27,282 nt of DNA, from the NCBI GenBank assembly GCA_049609445.1, contig JBMYYN010000001.1:1-27282 (forward strand). Reading direction: 5' to 3'. This document shows positions 7,445 through 15,421 of this stretch, one piece after another; the first letter of the stretch is position 1, and each line of letters starts with the position of its first letter. Under the pieces are notes generated by a model. It was not told the DNA's origin. It did no database searches and saw nothing but the letters and a program-made list of their open reading frames with translations. The stretch is from Bacteroidia bacterium (GTDB taxonomy: Bacteria > Bacteroidota > Bacteroidia > NS11-12g > UBA9320). Made by a program: the position numbers and the translations under genes.

Positions 7445-8212
7445 ATGACAGCACTTATCACAGGGGCATCAGCTGGTATCGGAAAAGAACTAGCAGTAGA
7501 ATTTGCCAAGGACAAAATAGATCTCATACTCGTAGCTCGTAGAGAAGAGAATATGAGGAAACATGCAAAAGAGCTTTCTGACCTCTATGGAATAAAAGCA
7601 CATGTCATTGCTCAAGATTTGTCCGACCCTCAGAGTGCAAACACTTTGTTTGAAAAAGTAAACCTACTTGGGCTGACTGTAGATTATTTGGTCAACAATG
7701 CCGGTTTTGGTGACAACGGAGAGTTCGTAGAAAGTGACCTGAAATGGCAAGAAAGTATGATTAACTTGAACGTTCTGACCTTAACCAAACTAACTCACCT
7801 CTTTGGTGCAGAAATGAAAAAGAAAAAGAGCGGAACCATACTCAATTTGGCATCTACAGCTTCGTTTCAGGCTGGTCCGATGATGAGCGTATACTTTGCT
7901 ACCAAACATTATGTCCTCGCTTTCTCTGAAGCTATTGCAGAAGAGCTAAGACCTCATAACGTGTTTGTGTCAACCCTGTGTCCCGGACCCACTCAAAGCG
8001 AGTTTGGTGAAGTTGCCGGATTTGGCAAAATTGTTCCAGGAGATGGAAATCCTTTTCCTGTCGCATCGGAAGTCGCACAATTCGGATATGCCCAAATGAA
8101 AAAGAAAAAAGTAGTGGCTATACATGGGTTCATGAATAAGCTGATGGCATTTGGTGTACGGCTGGTGCCTCGGTCCATAGCCCGTAAGGTTGCTTACTCC
8201 AAGGTGAAGTGA
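7445..8212 (+). CDS. Short-chain dehydrogenase/reductase (classical SDR)
   Basis: ALITGASAGIG (TGxxxGIG), LVNNAGFG, NLASTAS and catalytic YFATK (YxxxK). Confidence 0.93.
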   Translation: MTALITGASAGIGKELAVEFAKDKIDLILVARREENMRKHAKELSDLYGIKAHVIAQDLSDPQSANTLFEKVNLLGLTVDYLVNNAGFGDNGEFVESDLKWQESMINLNVLTLTKLTHLFGAEMKKKKSGTILNLASTASFQAGPMMSVYFATKHYVLAFSEAIAEELRPHNVFVSTLCPGPTQSEFGEVAGFGKIVPGDGNPFPVASEVAQFGYAQMKKKKVVAIHGFMNKLMAFGVRLVPRSIARKVAYSKVK

Positions 8213-8297
8213 TTTTTGCAACCATATTTCACTGCATTAATTTCCTAATCTGTGTTTCTCAAGACACGATTTAAGTCTACTCTGTCAAATGAATAAC

Positions 8298-8305
8298 TAT
8301 ATTTG
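8298..8305 (+). promoter_or_regulatory. -7 box for the BASS symporter gene
   Basis: TATATTTG, an exact TAnnTTTG match. Confidence 0.6.
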
Positions 8306-8306
8306 G

Positions 8307-8343
8307 TAACCTTAAGGTCTTCTTACAAACCACTTTAAGGTTA
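8307..8343. repeat. Inverted repeat / twin palindromic boxes directly after the -7 box
   Basis: TAACCTTAA (8307-8315) and TTAAGGTTA (8335-8343) are perfect reverse complements. Boxes ACCTTAAGGT (8309-8318) and ACTTTAAGGT (8332-8341). Confidence 0.7.
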
Positions 8344-8356
8344 AAAAAAGAATAGT

Positions 8357-9325
8357 ATGTTAGAATCTCTTCAGGCCTTAGATGCCATTCAAATTGACTT
8401 CAATGCAAAAAGTCAGCTTTTTTTGAATTTTGCTATAGCCTTCATCATGTTTGGTGTGGCTTTAGAACTTAAAACGGAACATTTCAAAGAAATAATCAAA
8501 AACCCTAAACTCCCGTTGATAGGAGCTACATCTCAGTTTTTATTGATGCCTCTTATGACGACTTTGCTAGTGATTTTACTCAAAGACTACATCACTATGA
8601 CCGTAGGGTTGGGAATGATATTAGTAGCATCTTGTCCAGGTGGAAACATTTCTAACTTCATATGTAGCCTGGCCAAAGGAAACGTAGCACTATCTGTAAG
8701 TCTAACTGCAGTATCAGATCTCGGTGCACTTATACTGACACCATTCAACTTTGCTTTCTGGGGAAATATTTTTGTCGCGGTATATACAGCATCTGGACAA
8801 AGCGACTTGGTACAACCTCTCCATATAGAACCTCTACACGTGTTTACTACGATACTACTCATACTTGGTCTTCCGCTTGTTCTTGGTCTGTTCATCAAAG
8901 AAAAATTTCCAAAATTTACATCCAAAATAGTCGTAGGAATGAAGCGTGCTTCGATTGCTATCTTTATCGCCATTCTTGCCATCATTTTTATTAAAAACTT
9001 TGACTTATTTCTCAAACATATCAAGTACATTGCTTTGATTGTTTTGATTCACAATGCTCTGGCACTTTTTATCGGTTACAATTTTGCTAAGCTATTCAAA
9101 CTAGGTAAAAAGGAAAGGAAAACCATCTCCATTGAGACTGGAATCCAAAATTCTGGACTCGCCCTTGCTCTACTTTTTAATCCTAAAATATTTAACCCTG
9201 AACTTGCCATTGGAGGAATGACATTTATAGCAGCGTGGTGGGGAGCTTGGCATATCATTTCTGGGCTTTCGATGGCCGCTTACTGGTCCAAGTTTAAGTT
9301 GGGAAGCAACTCAGATTCAAAATAA
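8357..9325 (+). CDS. Bile acid:sodium symporter (BASS/SBF) family transporter
   Basis: IMFGVALEL, QFLLMPL, ASCPGGNISN, AKGNVALSVSLT and TISIETGIQNSGLA motifs; multi-TM. Confidence 0.93.
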   Translation: MLESLQALDAIQIDFNAKSQLFLNFAIAFIMFGVALELKTEHFKEIIKNPKLPLIGATSQFLLMPLMTTLLVILLKDYITMTVGLGMILVASCPGGNISNFICSLAKGNVALSVSLTAVSDLGALILTPFNFAFWGNIFVAVYTASGQSDLVQPLHIEPLHVFTTILLILGLPLVLGLFIKEKFPKFTSKIVVGMKRASIAIFIAILAIIFIKNFDLFLKHIKYIALIVLIHNALALFIGYNFAKLFKLGKKERKTISIETGIQNSGLALALLFNPKIFNPELAIGGMTFIAAWWGAWHIISGLSMAAYWSKFKLGSNSDSK

Positions 9326-9333
9326 ATAGCTCG

Positions 9334-9840
9334 TTAATATCGCTCTTTGAGCACATTAAGGTGATGGCGTAAGTGACCACAAACTAAAAACCCGTACAAC
9401 AGTGGTTGTACTGTTAGTCCATTGGCACTGCCTTTTTGTTTCAAGTTTTCATCTCTAAAACTGCCATATAAGCTAATACTGCTTTGCCTTACGATATCAA
9501 ATTCACGTAGAATAGAGTCCATAGTTCTGCCTTCAGCATTCGAGTTTTCCGTATACGCATCATGGTCAAAACCTGGTAAGTCATTCAACTCACCTCTCGC
9601 TATACAAAGCGATCTGTACTGAAATATTCGTTCCGTATCCATGATGTGCATCAAAACTTGGTTTACGGTCCACTTTCCTTCTTCGTAGGCATAATGATCC
9701 TTGTCTTCATCTATTGTTTCCACCCACTCTATGAGTTCGTTCCATGAATTCTCCATGGCATCAAGCATATCGTCTTCGTTTACCAATTCTATGTATCTCT
9801 CGAAATATTTAGGTGCATCATCTAACCACTCTTTTGACAT
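9334..9840 (-). CDS. DinB/YfiT-superfamily protein (putative metal-dependent thiol S-transferase/hydrolase)
   Basis: YEEGKWTVNQVLMHIMDTERIFQYR, LPGFDHDAY and GHLRHH (three-His site). ATG 9840 is preferred to the ORF-track start, which overlaps pssA. Confidence 0.85.
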   Translation of the reverse strand: MSKEWLDDAPKYFERYIELVNEDDMLDAMENSWNELIEWVETIDEDKDHYAYEEGKWTVNQVLMHIMDTERIFQYRSLCIARGELNDLPGFDHDAYTENSNAEGRTMDSILREFDIVRQSSISLYGSFRDENLKQKGSANGLTVQPLLYGFLVCGHLRHHLNVLKERY

Positions 9841-9844
9841 ATTA

Positions 9845-9852
9845 CGAAAGTA
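9845..9852 (-). promoter_or_regulatory. Putative -7 box variant for the DinB-family gene
   Basis: TACTTTCG on the minus strand, ending 4 nt before ATG 9840. Confidence 0.4.
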
Positions 9853-9900
9853 AATATTTAAGTCATCTTTGTATCTTAATAGTCGTAAAGCGATTATAGC

Positions 9901-10584
9901 ATGAAAAGACAAATTCCGAATATCATAACACTCGCAAACTTGATTTGTGGCACACTAATAATCATATCTGCATTTCAACTCAAATTTGTTAATGTAGCAT
10001 ACTTCGCTGTAGCTGCACTGCTTTTTGATTTTTTAGATGGAACAGCAGCAAGACTACTCAATGTGAGTTCTGCTATTGGAAAAGAACTCGATTCAATGGC
10101 TGACATGGTGAGTTTTGGTGCCGCTCCGGCTTTGGTTCTATACTGCTATTGGACAAATGAAATGGTAGATCAACCCTTCAATTACTTTCCTCTTTTGATA
10201 GCAGCTTTCTCCGGATATAGACTTGCCAAGTTTAATATATCTGAACAATCAAACGACTATTTTAGTGGTCTTCCTACTCCTGCATTAGCTCTTGGGGCTT
10301 TTGCTTTACCACTTGCCGCTGAGCAGTTTGAAATGGCAAATATCTGGCTAACACACCCTGCCTTTGTGGTAATATTTAGTGTGTTGGGTGGCGTTTTACT
10401 CGTGAGCAATTTGAAACTCTTTTCTATTAAATTGGGGTCTAAAAACAAGGCCCTTAATGTTATAAGAATCGTAATGTTAGTTTGTGGACTGCTGCTTATT
10501 GGTTGGCTTCATTTTTTTGGAGCATTTCTCTGTCTGATATTGTATCTCGCCTTTTCTTTAAGTTCCCAAAAACATATAACTTAG
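9901..10584 (+). CDS. pssA: CDP-alcohol phosphatidyltransferase, phosphatidylserine synthase type
   Basis: IPNIITLANL, DFLDGTAARLLNVSSAIGKELDSMADMVSFG (DxxDGxxAR...GxxLDxxxD), RLAKFN and FSGLPTPA. Confidence 0.85.
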   Translation: MKRQIPNIITLANLICGTLIIISAFQLKFVNVAYFAVAALLFDFLDGTAARLLNVSSAIGKELDSMADMVSFGAAPALVLYCYWTNEMVDQPFNYFPLLIAAFSGYRLAKFNISEQSNDYFSGLPTPALALGAFALPLAAEQFEMANIWLTHPAFVVIFSVLGGVLLVSNLKLFSIKLGSKNKALNVIRIVMLVCGLLLIGWLHFFGAFLCLILYLAFSLSSQKHIT

Positions 10585-10606
10585 CACCCATTAAAACCAG
10601 AATACC

Positions 10607-11875
10607 ATGACTGACAAAATATTTGACCTGATAGACCAAGAGCTTGACCGACAACAAAACGGTATCGAGCTAATCGCATCTGAGAATTTTACTTCACAAA
10701 ATGTAATGAAAGCACTAGGAAGTGTTTGTACAAACAAGTATGCAGAAGGACTTCCAGGCAAAAGGTACTATGGTGGTTGTGAAATAGTAGATCAAATAGA
10801 ACAGCTGGCTATTGATAGAGCAAAAGAACTTTTTGGTGCTGTTTGGGTAAACGTACAACCTCATAGTGGAGCACAAGCCAATGCAGCTGTAATGCTGGGT
10901 GTGTTGAATGCTGGAGATCAGATTCTGGGTTTTGATTTATCACATGGTGGTCACTTGACACACGGGTCTACAGTAAATTTTTCAGGAAAATTATACAAAC
11001 CTGCTTTTTATGGAGTAGAAGAAGAAACCGGTCGAATAGACATGGATAAGGTAGAGGCGACCGCTCTAGAAGTGAAACCAAAACTAATCATATGTGGTGC
11101 ATCTTCGTACTCAAGAGATTGGGATTATGCACGTTTCAGATCTATCGCTGACAAGGTAGGAGCACTGTTGCTTGCAGATATTTCTCACCCTTCAGGTTTG
11201 ATAGCATCTGGATTACTAAACAATCCACTACCACACTGTCATATCGTGACTACGACCACGCATAAAACGTTACGTGGACCACGTGGTGGTATGATTATGA
11301 TGGGAGAAAACTTTGACAACCCATGGGGACTCACCACAACAAAAGGTACTATTCGTAAAATGAGTTCTATCTTAGATGGTGCTGTTTTCCCAGGTACACA
11401 AGGTGGACCACTCGAACATGTTATCGCTGCAAAAGCAGTGGCATACCAAGAGGCTCTTCAACCTTCGTACAAAGAGTACTGTAAGCAAGTGATGCTAAAT
11501 GCTCAAGCACTTGCCAAAGGAATGGTGTCACGTGGATACAAAATAATCTCGGGCGGAACAGATAACCACATGATGCTGATCGACCTCAGACCAAAAGATG
11601 AAAACTTGACAGGTAAATTAGCTGAAAACACATTGGTAAAAGCAGATATCACTATCAATAAAAATGCAGTTCCGTTTGAAACAAGATCGCCGTTTGTGAC
11701 ATCTGGAATACGAATAGGAACACCTGCCGTTACGACCCGGGGAATGATAGAGTCAGATATGGACACCATTGCTGGATTGATAGACAGAGTGCTTACCAAT
11801 ACAGACAATAATGCGGTAATCGCAGAGGTAAAATCCGAGGTGAATAACTTAATGAAGAGCTTCCCTCTATACTAA
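10607..11875 (+). CDS. glyA: Serine hydroxymethyltransferase
   Basis: [37 protein letters not shown] and [14 protein letters not shown] (PLP Lys). Confidence 0.98.
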   Translation: MTDKIFDLIDQELDRQQNGIELIASENFTSQNVMKALGSVCTNKYAEGLPGKRYYGGCEIVDQIEQLAIDRAKELFGAVWVNVQPHSGAQANAAVMLGVLNAGDQILGFDLSHGGHLTHGSTVNFSGKLYKPAFYGVEEETGRIDMDKVEATALEVKPKLIICGASSYSRDWDYARFRSIADKVGALLLADISHPSGLIASGLLNNPLPHCHIVTTTTHKTLRGPRGGMIMMGENFDNPWGLTTTKGTIRKMSSILDGAVFPGTQGGPLEHVIAAKAVAYQEALQPSYKEYCKQVMLNAQALAKGMVSRGYKIISGGTDNHMMLIDLRPKDENLTGKLAENTLVKADITINKNAVPFETRSPFVTSGIRIGTPAVTTRGMIESDMDTIAGLIDRVLTNTDNNAVIAEVKSEVNNLMKSFPLY

Positions 11876-11906
11876 GACTTCAATTCTTTACGCATTTTTT
11901 TCATCT

Positions 11907-11935
11907 GAAGAGGTGGATTTACTTCCATTATCTTC
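11907..11935 (+). other. Stem-loop downstream of glyA, without a U-tract
   Basis: GAAGAGGTGGA-tttact-TCCATTATCTTC: about 11 bp including two G-U pairs and one bulged A. Confidence 0.45.
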
Positions 11936-12020
11936 TAACAAACTCGTATACAAAAACGCTTTCAAGAAAATCAGCCTATATTGGCAACCCAACCACTAAC
12001 TGCGAATTCTCATTAAAACA

Positions 12021-14240
12021 ATATTCAACGACGTCAAAACATACTGGAGAAATGACCTGCTAGCGGGTTTTAGTGTATCTCTAGTCGCTCTCCCTTTATC
12101 CATAGGTGTGGCTTTAGCCATGAATCTTCCCCCCAATGCTCTTCTAGCAGGAATAATGGCTGCAATGATAGGAGGCATCATAACTTCTTTCATACGGAGT
12201 GGGAATGTTTCTATAAATGGGCCGTCACCTGCTCTTATCGGAATCGTCATAGCTGGAATGGCTTCGCTTAATTCGTGGGAGTATGTATTGGCTGCATTCG
12301 TTTGTGCGGGTGCACTACAGACCCTATTTGGTGTTTTTAAACTTGGTGGACTTGCAGACTTTATACCTTCTTCCGTTGTACAGGGAATGATGGCAGCTAT
12401 AGGTGTAATCATACTTGCCGGACAGGTACATCCAGGACTCGGTGTAGAAATCGGAAAAATGAATGATTTCGATAAGCTGATGGCAATACCAAACAGTTTG
12501 GGGAGAATGAATCCCCTTATTGCAGTGATATTCTTTAATAGCCTTATCATTTTAGCACTTCATCCCTATAGTAATAACAAGTTCATAAAGTACGTTCCGG
12601 CTCCTATTTGGCTTTTATTGTTTGCTGTGCCATTGTACATATTGTTCCAATACTTGACCAATGGGGAGGCAACCATATTTGGATCAGTACATAACTTAAT
12701 TCCAGAAAAGGATCTTATTAACTTTGATTTACCTGCAGATTTGATCAATGATTTTTTCGTTTATCCGAATTTTGGGAAAATTGGCTCGGTAGACTTCTGG
12801 CTAGTTGTGCTTTCTGTGTTTTTAGTATCTACTATAGAGACTCTGGGCTCTGCAAAAGCCATTGACAAAATAGACCCACTTAAGCGAAAAACAAACCTGA
12901 ACAAAGATGTAGCCGCTATGGGAATAAGCACAATGCTCTCAGGTGCTGTAGGTGGACTTCCGGTGATTGCAGTGATTGCTCGTAGCTCTGTAAACATCAA
13001 TCACGGTGCTAAAACAAGGTTGTCTAATCTCGTACACGGCGTACTTATTATGCTCTTTGTGTTTTTACTTTCAGATTATATCAAGATGGTGCCTAAAGCA
13101 GCCCTAATGGCTATTCTAGTATTCACAGGTTACAAACTAGCATCACCCAAGGTTTTCAAAGATGCGTCACTTAAAGGATATGAGCAGTTTCTTATACTCA
13201 CAATTACTCTAGTAGCAACATTGCTCACGGACCTTAACAAAGGGATTCTAATAGGAATATTATTCACTATCGTCTTACACTTGGTTCGATCTCACCTTCC
13301 TCCGAAACTCTTCTTTAAGTATCTCGCTAAACCACATTTTAATCTAGCCAAAATAGAGGATCACTATCACTTGAAAATAAAAGGAGTCGCAAATTTTTCG
13401 AGTATTCTAAAGTTGAAAAAAAATCTGTTAGGTGTGCCAGATAATGATCAGATTGTTTTTGATTTTTCACATACAAGACTAGTCGATTTTTCACTTCTTG
13501 AATTTGTAAACAACTGGGGCAAGGACTACAGAAATGATAGAAGTGGATCTTTTGAAATATTGGGACTTGATGAGCATTTGACGACTAGCGAGCACCCTTA
13601 CAGTATTCATACCCTTCCACAAGCCATAGCAAAACCTCTTTCAAAGAGACAAAAAGAACTTAAAGAATACTCTTTTGCTCATAACTGGGGCTTCAATGCT
13701 AAATTGGATTGGAATACGGACTATCTAAAACAAAACACATTCTTTCAAACAAGACCAATAGAATATGTAAAAAATAGAATCACAGGAGACTATACTGATA
13801 CTGTTTCTTGGGAGCTGATAGACATCACTTTTGACGAAGGAGCATTGATGGCGGCCGAAGTGCACAACACATCTATGCTTCGAATTAGCTTTGATAAGGA
13901 TATCCCTGACTTTGAATTGGAAAGAGAGAGACTTTTCAATCGGTTACTAGATTTTGCGGTAAAAGAAGACGTGGAATTTGAAGAAGATGAATCGTTTGAT
14001 AGAAGTTTTGCTATAAAAGGAAAAGATAAAAAAGCCATCACTCAATTCTTCTCTCCAAGTTTACGAAAATTCATCACCAAGAATGACAAATACCATATCG
14101 AAAGCAATGACAATTTTGTTCTTGTATTCCGATATTTTAGGCTGATGAGTACCAGCGAAATTGAAGAGTTAATTCAGTTTGGGGATAATCTCCGATGCGA
14201 GTTTCAGAACTGCAATGCAACTCCTGCATCTAAACCATAA
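12021..14240 (+). CDS. SulP/SLC26 anion transporter with STAS domain and an extra C-terminal domain; start uncertain
   Basis: WRNDLLAGFSVSLVALPLSIGVALA lies in frame upstream of the ORF-track GTG 12108. Also AVIARSSVNINHGAKTRLSN, and STAS-like VFDFSHTRLVDFS. In-frame stop at 11997-11999; candidate starts are CTG 12000, ATT 12006/12012 and ATA 12021. Confidence 0.88.
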   Translation: MFNDVKTYWRNDLLAGFSVSLVALPLSIGVALAMNLPPNALLAGIMAAMIGGIITSFIRSGNVSINGPSPALIGIVIAGMASLNSWEYVLAAFVCAGALQTLFGVFKLGGLADFIPSSVVQGMMAAIGVIILAGQVHPGLGVEIGKMNDFDKLMAIPNSLGRMNPLIAVIFFNSLIILALHPYSNNKFIKYVPAPIWLLLFAVPLYILFQYLTNGEATIFGSVHNLIPEKDLINFDLPADLINDFFVYPNFGKIGSVDFWLVVLSVFLVSTIETLGSAKAIDKIDPLKRKTNLNKDVAAMGISTMLSGAVGGLPVIAVIARSSVNINHGAKTRLSNLVHGVLIMLFVFLLSDYIKMVPKAALMAILVFTGYKLASPKVFKDASLKGYEQFLILTITLVATLLTDLNKGILIGILFTIVLHLVRSHLPPKLFFKYLAKPHFNLAKIEDHYHLKIKGVANFSSILKLKKNLLGVPDNDQIVFDFSHTRLVDFSLLEFVNNWGKDYRNDRSGSFEILGLDEHLTTSEHPYSIHTLPQAIAKPLSKRQKELKEYSFAHNWGFNAKLDWNTDYLKQNTFFQTRPIEYVKNRITGDYTDTVSWELIDITFDEGALMAAEVHNTSMLRISFDKDIPDFELERERLFNRLLDFAVKEDVEFEEDESFDRSFAIKGKDKKAITQFFSPSLRKFITKNDKYHIESNDNFVLVFRYFRLMSTSEIEELIQFGDNLRCEFQNCNATPASKP

Positions 14241-15421
14241 GAACTAACAAGTGAAGGAACAAAAAGACTGTGAAGGTTTCTAGTTCCTAAGCAGATATTG
14301 AGCTTCTCGTTTACAACAAGTTCTGCTCTTTCCTTCCATACTACTCCAGTAAAATCTCCATAACCCAATGATGACTGAAGACCAAGTTTGTCTGAAAATA
14401 AGTGCTTCCAACCTACGGATGCAAAAGTTCCATATAAGCCTAAATCTATGGTGCTGATGCTTACATCAACTTGATTTTTTGCATTAACATATCTATTCCA
14501 ATTTATCGTAAGTCTTGAAGGTAAGCTTACAAATTTCTTTCTGCTTCTTCCATTATCGATGATACTATTATAGGTAGAGTCGATGTTGTCATCCAGTGCA
14601 AACGTATCTTCAATGAAATTATAACTTATCCCTTCAAACTTGATGTTAGAGTCAAGATATACATAGTTCTTGTCAAAAAGATAGTTAAAGTTCAGGTCCA
14701 ACACTGAGACGGAAAATGTGTTAAGACAATCTAGGTGATAATCAAAATATAGGTTTACGTCTATTCCCATACCAGCTGCTCCAGTATGAGTTTCAGAGAC
14801 ACTAAGACTATTAATACCTAGCTCTAATTCTCCACCGTCAAATGATGTAAATGCAGAGAGGTTGCTTCCAGTAACCTCTCTCAGAGAGGAAACAAGGCTC
14901 AGGCCATATTCTCCCTTAATATTCCATTTTCTGCTCATTAGATGCCTCACAGAGGTTCCTAGTGTGTATGAGCTAGATTGTATATATCGGAGTTGATTGG
15001 TCTCTACTTTTTTTCCTGCAAATGGGGCGTTCCCAAAAAAAAGCAGCTCTGAAAAATCTTTGTTTGCATTGAAACCAGTCATTATGTTTTGTTTAGCATA
15101 AATCCCGAGAGCATTTGAGTACTTATACTCAGCCTTTGATCTTGTCTGACCAAAGAAACGAGTGTTTTTGTTGCTCTTGTCCAAAAAACGTTGTTTCGAA
15201 TCTCCGGAAAAACTTGTACGAAAAAGTACGTCCGAAAACATTTGAGTGTTCAGGACATTTGAGCCCAATAAAGACTCCGATTCAACTTTCACAGAATTGG
15301 GATTCCATTGCATGTCAAACGAATTGTCAAGAAATAAAAACTCAGATATACTTGTAGATTGACCAAGTGCAATAAGCCCACAATGGGCGAGCAGTGCCAA
15401 TAGACTAAATCTTGTTTTCAT
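14204..15421 (-). CDS. Putative outer-membrane beta-barrel protein (DUF5723-like)
   Basis: Signal peptide, alternating amphipathic strands and C-terminal GLDAGVALQF ending in Phe. Start overlaps the upstream lipoprotein stop by 17 nt. The DUF name is from recall only. Confidence 0.7.
   Translation of the reverse strand: MKTRFSLLALLAHCGLIALGQSTSISEFLFLDNSFDMQWNPNSVKVESESLLGSNVLNTQMFSDVLFRTSFSGDSKQRFLDKSNKNTRFFGQTRSKAEYKYSNALGIYAKQNIMTGFNANKDFSELLFFGNAPFAGKKVETNQLRYIQSSSYTLGTSVRHLMSRKWNIKGEYGLSLVSSLREVTGSNLSAFTSFDGGELELGINSLSVSETHTGAAGMGIDVNLYFDYHLDCLNTFSVSVLDLNFNYLFDKNYVYLDSNIKFEGISYNFIEDTFALDDNIDSTYNSIIDNGRSRKKFVSLPSRLTINWNRYVNAKNQVDVSISTIDLGLYGTFASVGWKHLFSDKLGLQSSLGYGDFTGVVWKERAELVVNEKLNICLGTRNLHSLFVPSLVSSYGLDAGVALQF

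Noticed and set aside
7445-9325. SDR plus BASS as a bile-acid or steroid utilisation operon
   Set aside because: The family names do not establish substrate, and the BASS gene has its own -7 box and a 144-nt gap.
8587-12550. Long antisense ORFs (8587-9030, 11503-11808, 11996-12550) and similar ones over gatA, dinB and the lipoprotein
   Set aside because: They lie opposite well-supported genes, lack motifs, and are expected shadows of biased codon usage.
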